Assembly: GCA_020632035.1 (NCBI GenBank)
Contig: JACKGG010000001.1
Span: 152,985-216,984, forward strand
Direction of reading: 5' to 3'
DNA length: 64,000 bases
Source of the DNA: Candidatus Nomurabacteria bacterium
GTDB lineage: Bacteria; Patescibacteriota; Minisyncoccia; Phycocordibacterales; UBA918
Position numbers and translations under genes: made by a program
The notes under the pieces: model-generated
Told to the model about the DNA's origin: nothing
Databases searched by the model: none
Seen by the model: only the letters and a program-made list of their open reading frames with translations
Shown here: piece by piece, positions 29,495 through 38,472 of the stretch
Layout: each line of letters opens with the position of its first letter
Position numbering within the stretch: position 1 is the stretch's first letter

Positions 29495-30844
29495 TTATTG
29501 GACTTCTTGTGTTCCTGGTTCTTTTAGGGCGGCTTTGGTATAGATATTGGATGGTGCCCAAATCATCCAGCTCATTACTCCAGCGTCGTAACTAGCCTGT
29601 ATCTGAGCTCGAACATCTGCCGCGTCATAGTCACCTCCGTAGTCAAAATCTTGAATCCATGTCCGGAATTTATCAGCTGTGTATACCGGCTTGTTATACA
29701 TTCCGGTTTGCGTGACAGTACCACTAGCATTTGTAACGGTTTCTGGTATATGTAAAAATCCTTTCATTGGCGTGGTACTTGAAATCATCCGGTCTACTCC
29801 AGCTTGCATGGCATAATTCACTACCTTGTAGGGATAATCATTTGGATTACCAAGACCAAGGAAACTGTTTGGATAGTGCGACGGGTAAACCATCGGAGCA
29901 ATAAAATCAAAGTATGGGGCTGCTCTATCTTGCACCTGTCCAATAGAAAGATCATCAAAGTTGGTGGTGGTCATACCAAACAAGTCCGCTGAAGTATATG
30001 GTGTGCTCAATGCTCGGCCGGTATTTTCATGTCGGTATCGAGCAAAAAGAGTTTCGTCATCAAGTTTTTCATTTAGGTATTTAAAGAAAGCCTCGAGATT
30101 TGCCTGTTTGTCTTTTCCGTACTGTGAAGCTTCGGCATGAGTAAATGAAATATTATCCATCGGTCCGTCAGACGGATACCTTACATAGTCAAAGTTCAGT
30201 TCATCAAAGCCAATGTTGTATGAGTCGACGGCTAGTGTCACTAGGTGATCCCAATAGGGCGTTGCTCCCACATCGATAAATGATAGACCCTTATTATCCT
30301 TCCAGACTGTCTCTCTATCGGCTTTTTTAACCGCTAGTTCTGGATGGGCTGCAGTATAGAAAGGGTCCTGAAAAACGGTAATTCTACCTATAACAAATAC
30401 TCCCTTGTCGTGAAGCATGGTCACAAACTCTTTCATATCCCTGGCTCCACAGCGCGAATTTTCCCAAGCTGATTGCCATTCACTGCTTTCTGGTTTAAAC
30501 GAAATAGTGCCGGAAAAATCTTTTATATCAATGATAATTGAGTTAACCTCAGTTTCGTTAACCAACGTAACCAACTTATCACGAAAAGATGGCGTACCGA
30601 CAACACAAGAGGTCATGTAGATCGTCTTTACTTGTTCTGGCAATGGCACGTGTGGCACCACCGGCCGATTATCGACTACTGGTATTTCTTTTACTACTTC
30701 CTCACCTTCTTTCTTTACTGTTTCGGTATTATTTACAACTGAATCAACTGTAGTGGACTTAACATCAAAAAATGGCACCGGTGTCAAACTTAACGCCGCG
30801 AATGCTACGGCGGTAAAAACAAGTGGTGTACCTATTTTGTGCAT
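29495..30844 (-). CDS. Secreted putative glycoside hydrolase-like TIM-barrel protein (GHL/DUF4015-like)
   Basis: Signal peptide/TM MHKIGTPLVFTAVAFAALSL; GHL-family-like VFVIGRITVFQDPFYTAAHPE, FDELNFDYVRYP. Confidence 0.4.
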   Translation of the reverse strand: MHKIGTPLVFTAVAFAALSLTPVPFFDVKSTTVDSVVNNTETVKKEGEEVVKEIPVVDNRPVVPHVPLPEQVKTIYMTSCVVGTPSFRDKLVTLVNETEVNSIIIDIKDFSGTISFKPESSEWQSAWENSRCGARDMKEFVTMLHDKGVFVIGRITVFQDPFYTAAHPELAVKKADRETVWKDNKGLSFIDVGATPYWDHLVTLAVDSYNIGFDELNFDYVRYPSDGPMDNISFTHAEASQYGKDKQANLEAFFKYLNEKLDDETLFARYRHENTGRALSTPYTSADLFGMTTTNFDDLSIGQVQDRAAPYFDFIAPMVYPSHYPNSFLGLGNPNDYPYKVVNYAMQAGVDRMISSTTPMKGFLHIPETVTNASGTVTQTGMYNKPVYTADKFRTWIQDFDYGGDYDAADVRAQIQASYDAGVMSWMIWAPSNIYTKAALKEPGTQEVQ

Positions 30845-30940
30845 AAGTTTATTTTAACCTGTCCGTGCAGTAATAACCAAACATTTTTGCAGCTCGCTAC
30901 AGCCAGATTCAGCATAGTCGTAGCTACGCTAGTCGTTGCT

Positions 30941-31171
30941 TCATTCATCAAAAAGTACTTCCGTGGTTTCGACAAAAGTGTCACTACCCCTTTCTCCATT
31001 GCCTTTATCTAGCCTTCTTAAGTAAGCAGCCCGCCTCAACACATAACCGACTAAGATAAGGACGATACCTATAACCATAATAGAGAACTGTCGCCATTCT
31101 TCCGGCACACCGAGAAAAGGTACGATAGTGAGTAAAATTCCAAATACAAATACAATAGTTTCTTTAGACAT
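30941..31171 (-). CDS. Small two-TM membrane protein
   Basis: 76 aa, two hydrophobic helices, basic loop RRAAYLRRLDK. Confidence 0.35.
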   Translation of the reverse strand: MSKETIVFVFGILLTIVPFLGVPEEWRQFSIMVIGIVLILVGYVLRRAAYLRRLDKGNGERGSDTFVETTEVLFDE

Positions 31172-31230
31172 GAGTTGAGTTTCAGTAGTAATAACTCATT
31201 TTAACCTGTCACGATGATAACGCCAAATTA

Positions 31231-31267
31231 ACAAAAAATTAGAGGTCTACACTAACGCATAGACCTC
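31231..31267 (-). terminator. Rho-independent terminator after hypothetical gene 31318..32343
   Basis: Minus-strand hairpin gaggtcta-cactaacgca-tagacctc followed by T-run (taattttttgtt). Confidence 0.55.
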
Positions 31268-31317
31268 CAGTGCTCCTAAATAACGGATATTCTTATACCA
31301 CCACTTACATTGGATGG

Positions 31318-32343
31318 CTACTCCTTACGCCAACGAACAGGATTACGAGAAATGACAGAAGCTAAATTACGAGCCTTAAGTGCATTCAGTATGACCGAAG
31401 AAAGATCCCTTTGATGGTATTGTTCAGACCAGTAATCGATACTGTCCGAAGCTGCACCAGAATATTCAGCTGGTGCAAACATTCGTACGCTAAATTGCAC
31501 TTCTGGATCACAATTGGATTCACGTGAGAATTCCAAAGTAGTGCGACCATCGTACTTAAGTGCTCCTCTACGCCAGGTAACGTCGGTCTCCTTTTTACCG
31601 TCAATCACTTTCATATACACTGGAATATCATGATATAGACCCACCGGCCAACCCTGCCCACCTGTAACATAATCTTCATGCAAGCAAGCGGCTACATCAG
31701 AAGCAGTGCTGATATACCAATTAACATCAGGTATGTAACCGGCCATTATGGTGAGCTGTTCAGCTATATCATCCCTCCAACAGCTAGTAGTTATAAGACG
31801 CTCTTTCACGAATGGCCTCCAACCGTGAAGACCCTGGTCAGACAGCAATCTTTCCATGGTCTCTGTCGCTTTCCTGTGAACCTCTCCATTACTATCAGAG
31901 GTCCTGAAGGCAACAGCCTGGCCAAACTTCTTCAACCTCAAGCCGACATTGATCAGTGGCAACTGCAAACTGGCCTCTTCCCCATTTTGCAGCGTTTCAT
32001 CCAAACTAATTATTTCTTCCTTGAAATTGAATAGTTTTCCATAATCATTGACCATATTGCCCAGTAGAAATTCCAGCGGGTCTGAAAATTCTTTTTTCCC
32101 TCCTTTACAGTTGCGCACATAATCACTGATAAATCTTACGACAACTTTCCCTATATACCTTGTGTCGAGAGAATCATCGCGGAAGTCAATCCCATGCTCA
32201 TATAGAAAAGGATAAAGATGTCTTACTTCAACTAACTTTGGTTCGTTCATTTCGAAGATCTCCTGAGAGAACAATGAGTGCAGTCGCCTGCAAACCGTCC
32301 GATTGCTCGGCCGGATGAAACGAGGGGATCCCATTTCACCCAA
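31318..32343 (-). CDS. Hypothetical cytoplasmic protein (no recognisable family)
   Basis: 341-aa ORF (alternative ATG at 32250, MNEPKLVEV); followed by intrinsic terminator 31231-31267. Confidence 0.4.
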   Translation of the reverse strand: MGEMGSPRFIRPSNRTVCRRLHSLFSQEIFEMNEPKLVEVRHLYPFLYEHGIDFRDDSLDTRYIGKVVVRFISDYVRNCKGGKKEFSDPLEFLLGNMVNDYGKLFNFKEEIISLDETLQNGEEASLQLPLINVGLRLKKFGQAVAFRTSDSNGEVHRKATETMERLLSDQGLHGWRPFVKERLITTSCWRDDIAEQLTIMAGYIPDVNWYISTASDVAACLHEDYVTGGQGWPVGLYHDIPVYMKVIDGKKETDVTWRRGALKYDGRTTLEFSRESNCDPEVQFSVRMFAPAEYSGAASDSIDYWSEQYHQRDLSSVILNALKARNLASVISRNPVRWRKE

Positions 32344-32414
32344 AAAAAAACTTAATGTAAGCAGTATTTTGGGTGAATACGATTTCCGTATTAAATACTT
32401 TTATTTTTACTAAG

Positions 32415-33095
32415 TCAATGAATTTCAACAATAACGACAAACTCGCCTTTCTGTCTGACTGGCTCCCCTTCCAGCACCTTTAGGACTTCTTGAGGGGTTC
32501 CGATTATCATTTCTTCGAACATTTTTGTTAGCTCGCGACCAAGGTAGATTTGAGCATTTGGATAAATTTCCGCTAAACTGGTGAGAGTTTTTATTATTCG
32601 ATGAGTTGATTCGAAGAAGACTGCTGGCTCAGTCTTGGTCGCGAGAGTTTTGAAAAAAGTCTCACGACCTTTCTTGAGAGGAGCAAAACCAAGAAATGTG
32701 AACTTATTGCCAGCAATTCCAGCTAGTGAGACAGCGGTAGTAACAGCCGATGGGCCTGGAATAGCTTCTATGAGCGCGCCCGCTTTGCGGGCGCGCTGTA
32801 CCAAAATCACCCCAGGATCACTAATCCCCGGAGTACCGGCGTCACTTACTAAAGCAAAATGTTTACCTTCCATGAGCTCAGTAATAATACGCTCGTGATC
32901 ACCTTCACTAGCATGAGCATCGTAGCGACGTAAGGGCTTCTTGACTTCATAGTGAGCAAGCAACTTCCCTGTCACTCGAGTATCTTCACATAACACAACA
33001 TCGCACTCTTTAAGAGTCCGCAGAGCACGCAGGGTAATATCCTCCAGATTTCCGATAGGAGTGGCAACTATAGATAATTTTCCATTTTCAGACAT
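32415..33095 (-). CDS. rsmI: 16S rRNA (cytidine1402-2'-O)-methyltransferase
   Basis: LSIVATPIGNLEDITLRALRTLKECDVVLCEDTR N-terminal signature of RsmI tetrapyrrole-methylase fold. Confidence 0.85.
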   Translation of the reverse strand: MSENGKLSIVATPIGNLEDITLRALRTLKECDVVLCEDTRVTGKLLAHYEVKKPLRRYDAHASEGDHERIITELMEGKHFALVSDAGTPGISDPGVILVQRARKAGALIEAIPGPSAVTTAVSLAGIAGNKFTFLGFAPLKKGRETFFKTLATKTEPAVFFESTHRIIKTLTSLAEIYPNAQIYLGRELTKMFEEMIIGTPQEVLKVLEGEPVRQKGEFVVIVEIH

Positions 33096-33146
33096 AACAG
33101 TAAGCTACCATTATATCGATATTAAAAAAAGCCAGGTCAATCCCTT

Positions 33147-33167
33147 GACCTAGGGTAACCCTAGGTC
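33147..33167. repeat. REP-like palindrome (gacctagggtaaccctaggtc), left flank of Y1 transposase
   Basis: Perfect palindrome; second copy at 33864-33900 and third copy inside murD at 39061-39081. Confidence 0.7.
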
Positions 33168-33849
33168 AGCTTTGGTGACCTTTTAAAATATCGGTATTGT
33201 ATGCTAACCACTCAAACAATTCTTTTTTCATATCTATATGACTAGAAAAATAATCTGGGAATGGAGACGAATCTAAAACGGCTTTTTCTGGTCGATTTAA
33301 TCCTAAATGATCAGGCAAACTTGAATACTGATAAGTCGATACGAATTTATACGCAGTTTCTAAATTCTTTATCCCCCTCTCTACCCAATCTGATTGATAC
33401 AACTTAACAGGATTAAGGTGTATATAGGAATATAAATATTTTAAATATTCATCTTCTCCGGCGTGTTTAGCTTTATAATTTCCTTGGAACAAGGTGCCGG
33501 TACGCTCGTTTCTTTTATTAAAATACATTGAGTAACTTGTACATAATTTATTCATAAAAATACCTAGACCATCATCAGTATGTGGTGTGGCTATAATATG
33601 AAAATGATTAGGCATAAGACAGTATGCGCCGATAGAGACAAGTTGTTCCTTCCTATTAAATTCAAATATATTTTTACCCGACCTAGAAATATTACGATAG
33701 TTTACTGATACTGATGAATTACAAAGATATAAAAGATCAATAAATCTTTTATAATCTGCAGTATCAGTAAAGATAATTCTTCTGTCGGTACCTCTATTAT
33801 AAATATGATAAAACTCGCCAGTTGAAAAACTTATACTCCTGGTTGCCAT
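33166..33849 (-). mobile_element. HUH Y1 tyrosine transposase, IS200/RAYT-like (REP-associated)
   Basis: HuH motif CLMPNHFHIIAT and catalytic Tyr region YSYIHLNP; flanked on both sides by the same palindrome. Confidence 0.6.
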
Positions 33850-33863
33850 TTTTGTATACTAAC

Positions 33864-33900
33864 ACAACCTGACCTAGGGTAACCCTAGGTCAGGTTGTGT
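33864..33900. repeat. REP-like palindrome, right flank of Y1 transposase (extended 18-bp stem)
   Basis: acacaacctgacctagggt-a-accctaggtcaggttgtgt. Confidence 0.7.
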
Positions 33901-33922
33901 TATCTGCCGAAAATTTACAATA

Positions 33923-34870
33923 TTACTTCCAGTTAAATCCCCTACCAAAGTGTCCCCAAGCAGCAGTGTCTTTGTAGATCGGAGCTTCAAGTTGGAGGAA
34001 TGACTTTATGCCATTTGGAGTTAGGTCGTAACCTTCCACATCTTCTGGCACGCCATCGACTATCGCAACCGCCATTAGCGCTTCTGGGTGACCTATGGCG
34101 TAGGCTAGTTTTACCAATACCTTTTGTGCCTCTGGGTATTTTTCTAAGTAATCTACAGCGATTCTTCTCGCCATGTAGGCTGCACTTCTGTCCACCTTAC
34201 TTGGGTCTTTTCCAGAAAAAGCTCCCCCACCAACTGCAATCTCAGGACCGTAGTTATCGATAATTATCTTTCTGCCAGTGAGACCCGCGTCGGCATCGAA
34301 GCCTCCTTGATTCCAGTCTCCAGCTGGATTTACGTGGTACGCTCCAGCGCCAGAAATAATACTTTCTACTAATGGTAGCAATTCCGCAGTCGGTGCGTTT
34401 TGGAAACTACAAACTACTGAGTGAATAGTTCCATCTTCGTCTACCGTCACCTGAGTCTTACCATCGTATGGGTATTTTTCGTACACCGCTTGGCAGAGAC
34501 CTCGAGCTAGTTCGTATTCTTTTGGCATGAAGGTATCGGTTTCTCTGGTAGCATAGCCAGTCATGATTCCTTGGTCACCTGCTCCACCAGTATCTACACC
34601 TTGGGCAATTTCTCTACTCTGCTCAACAATATGAATTGTTACATCCTCTACATCTGGCGCAATTGCTTTTACAATTCCAAGCACATCTACATCTTTAGCG
34701 AGAGTGGTGACTTCACCAGTGACAAGTATCTTACCGTGCGAACCAACAGTCTCCACTGCTACTCGACTCTTTGGGTCTTGTTCTAAGTAGGCATCTAATA
34801 CGGCGTCGGATATTCGATCACACATTTTGTCTGGGTGTCCTGGTGATACACATTCGGCTGTCTTTAACAT
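33923..34870 (-). CDS. metK: S-adenosylmethionine synthetase (short form)
   Basis: SPGHPDKMCDRISDAVLDAYLEQDPKSRVAVET, GAGDQGIMTGYA, DxSxVDRSAAY motifs; ATG at 34868-34870 preferred over upstream TTG. Confidence 0.8.
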   Translation of the reverse strand: MLKTAECVSPGHPDKMCDRISDAVLDAYLEQDPKSRVAVETVGSHGKILVTGEVTTLAKDVDVLGIVKAIAPDVEDVTIHIVEQSREIAQGVDTGGAGDQGIMTGYATRETDTFMPKEYELARGLCQAVYEKYPYDGKTQVTVDEDGTIHSVVCSFQNAPTAELLPLVESIISGAGAYHVNPAGDWNQGGFDADAGLTGRKIIIDNYGPEIAVGGGAFSGKDPSKVDRSAAYMARRIAVDYLEKYPEAQKVLVKLAYAIGHPEALMAVAIVDGVPEDVEGYDLTPNGIKSFLQLEAPIYKDTAAWGHFGRGFNWK

Positions 34871-34892
34871 TGTTTTATTTCTTAATTTTATA

Positions 34893-34920
34893 AAACACAA
34901 AATGCGTCATAACATGACGC
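34893..34920 (-). promoter_or_regulatory. Terminator-like hairpin + U-run inside the metK 5' leader (possible attenuator/riboswitch expression platform)
   Basis: Minus strand gcgtcat-gtt-atgacgc followed by ttttgtgtttt, 30 nt upstream of metK ATG; additional perfect 17-bp hairpin at 35013-35056. Confidence 0.4.
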
Positions 34921-35370
34921 ACCAGAGGAGTTACGCATCTACCTCACTTTCGTGAGTTGAAGGTCGCACCGTTTTCTCAAAAAATCTGAAAAATGGTTGC
35001 GGACGGAGTTTCGGTCAGCCGGAGAGTTTCTCTTGAGAAAAACTCTCCGGCTGACCATCGGGTCAATTCCCTATTCCGTTCTCTGGATACTGGTATTTAA
35101 TTGTGTACGTACATTATAACTCAAATTTTATAAAAAAGTTACAAAATGATACTTAATTACTGCATGAATTATGTGCCATAATTCATTGACTATAAGGAGG
35201 TTTCGTGTTATTGTTGTTCCGAAAACAGTTCTGAACCTAATGTTCTGTACATCTAAAACTAACTACATACTACACCTGGAGGTGTTACATGTTTGAATGG
35301 TTGATATTGATAGTGCCAGCAGATACTATCTGGCTGGCAATTCATCACCGGAGCAATTATTTCAACTGGA

Positions 35371-36225
35371 ATGGTTACCCCTGATGCTTTCTTTTGGCAA
35401 TTGGGTGCAATCCCTCTTCTCATGATAATGGCGGGTAAGCGTAATATCCAATTCGGAATTCGTGAGATCGTGCTCCTAACCGGTATGATTGCCTTGTCCC
35501 ACGAAATATACGGCGTCATCGGATTAGGACTTCGTGCTGCCGGAATACTGCTTGGGGCCACTACCTTTGTTGGAATTCTTTCTGTCGTCTCCTACCTGGT
35601 ATTAGGTTTCATCGTCAACGGTAGTGCCGGCGCAGAAGAGGGTGATGTGGAGAGCCAAGTACTCAAACTTCTCTTACTCGGCATTGTCAGTGTCGCCGCT
35701 TTCTTTGGTGCCTACACCGGCATCTCGATTGATGAACTGTTCGCGGTTCTCGCTCGAGTCGAATGGATGACTAGCCAGGGTTGGAGCTACTGGGTCATGG
35801 CGGCCAATATTACCGTCGCGATGACGATATTGTGGGCGATTCTGCTGATCGAAGGCGTGATTATTTACCTCGTAGTTAAAAAAGCAGAAGATACTATGGC
35901 AATGGACTGGCTTGAGAAGCATGAGGGCTGGGTCATGTTCTTTGTCTTCAGTTTCCTGGCCTACTTCACAACTCGTGGTTGGTACCAGAACTACTATGGC
36001 TACAATCCGGTGGAATGGCACATCATGGGTCACAACACTGGTTTTGCCTACTACGTGTACATAGTCGGTGGATTTCTGCCTATGATCATCCTCCGCCTAC
36101 TACTGCTGGTCAAGCCAGTGCGTATACTCTTGCTCTGGCTCTGCAAGCCACAGCAAAAGATGCTTGATTGGCTTGAAGAATTGAGTCAACGTCGAGCAGA
36201 ACGCAAAATGGCAGCGATGAGCTGA
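35371..36225 (+). CDS. Hypothetical polytopic membrane protein
   Basis: 284 aa, about 8 TM helices; followed by two tandem hairpins (36245-36290, 36303-36333). Confidence 0.45.
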   Translation: MVTPDAFFWQLGAIPLLMIMAGKRNIQFGIREIVLLTGMIALSHEIYGVIGLGLRAAGILLGATTFVGILSVVSYLVLGFIVNGSAGAEEGDVESQVLKLLLLGIVSVAAFFGAYTGISIDELFAVLARVEWMTSQGWSYWVMAANITVAMTILWAILLIEGVIIYLVVKKAEDTMAMDWLEKHEGWVMFFVFSFLAYFTTRGWYQNYYGYNPVEWHIMGHNTGFAYYVYIVGGFLPMIILRLLLLVKPVRILLLWLCKPQQKMLDWLEELSQRRAERKMAAMS

Positions 36226-36341
36226 TACTGTTCTACGGAACGCCCAAGGGCGTCCACACAAAACATCGTGTTGGACGCCCTTTCTTATTATTTCTGTTTT
36301 ATTGGCCGGCGCGAAGCGCCGGCATTTTCATTTAAAAATTT

Positions 36342-37646
36342 CTACTTCACCAAACTCCCCGCCAACTCAGTCACATCCCCTGCTCCCATCACTACTACCA
36401 CATCTTCATCTGAGATTTTCTGTCTAAGGAGTTTTTCGGCTGACTCAAAGCTATCGGCATAGGATGAATTGGAAGTAAACTCTAGAGACTTCACCGATAG
36501 TTCCCTACTTGTCACTCCACTTACATTCTCCTCGCGCGCCGAGTAGATAGGTAAAAACAATACAGCATCGGCTAAGCCAACCGCTTTGGCAAATTCGTCA
36601 AACAGTTGCTTGGTGCGGGTGTAGGTGTGTGGCTGAAAGACAATGGTCAACTTTTTATCTGGATAGAGTTCGCGAGCAGCACTAATAGTAGCGCGGATCT
36701 CGGTCGGGTGATGTCCGTAGTCGTCGTAGACTGGAGCACCGTTTAATTCACCTTTGTATTCAAACCGGCGCCAAGTACCGGTAAAGTTCATTAAGGCAGC
36801 TTTGGCTTTTTCTAAATCTAATTTCTCATGCCGAGCGACTGCGCTTGCCGCAGCTGCGTTCAGCCGGTTATGGAAGCCTGGTTGCTTGAGCTCCAGGTCT
36901 AGATCTAAAATATCTAAATAATTAACCACCGGCACCGACAAGTCTTTTAATATCGGTGCTACGTTAGCATCGGAGGTATTGGCAATTACTACCCCACCTT
37001 CATTTACTTGTTCAGCCAATTGTCTAAAAGCAGACTGCACATCAGCCAAGTCTTTGTAGTAGTCGACGTGCTCGTACTCAACATTGGTAATCACCAAGAT
37101 GTCTGGCTTGAGGTGCAAGAAATCTCGTTTGTATTCACAAGCTTCTACAATCGCATACTTACTCTTCCCAGCTCGATAATTGCTCTTGGTCTTAGCTCGG
37201 AGCGAGCCAATGATAGCCGTCGGATCTTTATCTAGAGCTTCAAAAATATCGGTCAGCATGGCAGTAGTGGTGGTCTTGCCGTGAGTACCAGTGATAGCAA
37301 TCAGGTAGTAGGGATTGAAGGCTAAGCCTTCAGCTTCAAAAAGATTAACGGTGGGTATTTTTAGTTCCTTAGCTTTTTTTAGTTCCCGGTATCCTTCAGT
37401 TGTTTTGTTAACCGCTTCAGTGTAAATCACCAGCTCAATGTCCTTTGTTATATTCTCAGCTACTTGCTCGGCAAAAATTTGTACTCCTTCTTTAGCGAGT
37501 TCTTTGGTAATCAGGCTGAGAGTTCGATCCGATCCACTGACTTTTTTCTTTTCAGTTAAAAAATGCCGAGCGAGTGCTGACATTCCGATTCCGCCTATCC
37601 CGATGAAATGTATGCGGGATATCTTATCTATTTTAGGGGTTGACAT
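36342..37646 (-). CDS. murC: UDP-N-acetylmuramate--L-alanine ligase
   Basis: HFIGIGGIGMSALARHF N-terminal signature; Mur ligase central domain GTHGKTTTTAM; C-terminal DDYGHHPTEI. Confidence 0.85.
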   Translation of the reverse strand: MSTPKIDKISRIHFIGIGGIGMSALARHFLTEKKKVSGSDRTLSLITKELAKEGVQIFAEQVAENITKDIELVIYTEAVNKTTEGYRELKKAKELKIPTVNLFEAEGLAFNPYYLIAITGTHGKTTTTAMLTDIFEALDKDPTAIIGSLRAKTKSNYRAGKSKYAIVEACEYKRDFLHLKPDILVITNVEYEHVDYYKDLADVQSAFRQLAEQVNEGGVVIANTSDANVAPILKDLSVPVVNYLDILDLDLELKQPGFHNRLNAAAASAVARHEKLDLEKAKAALMNFTGTWRRFEYKGELNGAPVYDDYGHHPTEIRATISAARELYPDKKLTIVFQPHTYTRTKQLFDEFAKAVGLADAVLFLPIYSAREENVSGVTSRELSVKSLEFTSNSSYADSFESAEKLLRQKISDEDVVVVMGAGDVTELAGSLVK

Positions 37647-37700
37647 ATACTAAGATTATCATAATATCAGCCTCAGCACATCTTTACAGGAGTAAATAGA

Positions 37701-38417
37701 ATGACGAAATCATATGTTCTTCAGAAACCCGAATACACTGTAGCTCTATATGGACCTAGCAAAGAAAGAGTCAGGTCTATACCAGTTAAACATGGAGCAA
37801 ATAAAAATAAGATTTGCTTACTGAAAGCAGCTAGTAATGAAACCCATCGTGGTTTTACGGAAATGTCAGCACCAAAATTTGGTAATTGGTTCAGTAATGA
37901 CTTCGATTTGTTTGCTGACGGTACGACCCTGACTGAATCTCGTTCGTCGGTTGTCGTTCAAACTGCCGGTTGCAACCTGCTTTCACTATACGAACGTACG
38001 ACCCACAGTCTATCTGTAAGTCATGTCGGTAGGCCAGCCTTAACACCAAGGAATAAAATAGGTGAACCAATCATAAATATGGTCACTAAAGCTTACCAAC
38101 AATTGGTATTTGGTGTAAAAAACCCTGAGGTAGAAGCTTACATAACTGGAGGCGTTTGTAGCAAACATTTTCTTCACGATAGACCAGAAGCGAAGCATCT
38201 GATTGAACCCTTTGATCAGTTTGGTGAGCTTGCATTCACTGACCGTGAAACTGGAGCGCTTGATATACAACGCATCATCATTTATCAACTTCTGGAACTC
38301 GGGGTAAAAGAATACAAAATTGAAACCGATGGCTTGTGCACCAAGGAAGAACCTTGGCTAACCAACTATCGAGACGATACTGTATCTCGTAATGTGGTAG
38401 TTTTTGTTCTTCATTAA
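37701..38417 (+). CDS. PgeF/YfiH-like (DUF152, peptidoglycan editing factor/laccase-domain) protein, motifs degenerate
   Basis: VQTAGCNLL (cf TADC), SHVGRPAL (cf HAGWRG), CSKHFLHD; adjacent to murC and murD. Confidence 0.4.
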   Translation: MTKSYVLQKPEYTVALYGPSKERVRSIPVKHGANKNKICLLKAASNETHRGFTEMSAPKFGNWFSNDFDLFADGTTLTESRSSVVVQTAGCNLLSLYERTTHSLSVSHVGRPALTPRNKIGEPIINMVTKAYQQLVFGVKNPEVEAYITGGVCSKHFLHDRPEAKHLIEPFDQFGELAFTDRETGALDIQRIIIYQLLELGVKEYKIETDGLCTKEEPWLTNYRDDTVSRNVVVFVLH

Positions 38418-38438
38418 TTAATCTGAAATCCAGATTAC

Positions 38439-38472
38439 AAAAGGCGCGGTCCAGAGACCGCGCCTTTTTTAT
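38439..38472. terminator. Bidirectional rho-independent terminator between convergent PgeF-like and murD genes
   Basis: aaaaggcgcggtc-cagag-accgcgcctttttt. Confidence 0.7.

Noticed and set aside
34990-35060. SAM-I riboswitch upstream of metK
   Set aside because: Several short matches (CAAGAGA, GCAACC, GGTGC, GAAAGTGAGG) occur in the right order, but the CAAGAG sits in the loop of a perfect 17-bp hairpin. The GGAGGGA/GGCCC/CCC pseudoknot elements are missing. Kept only as an unclassified structured leader.
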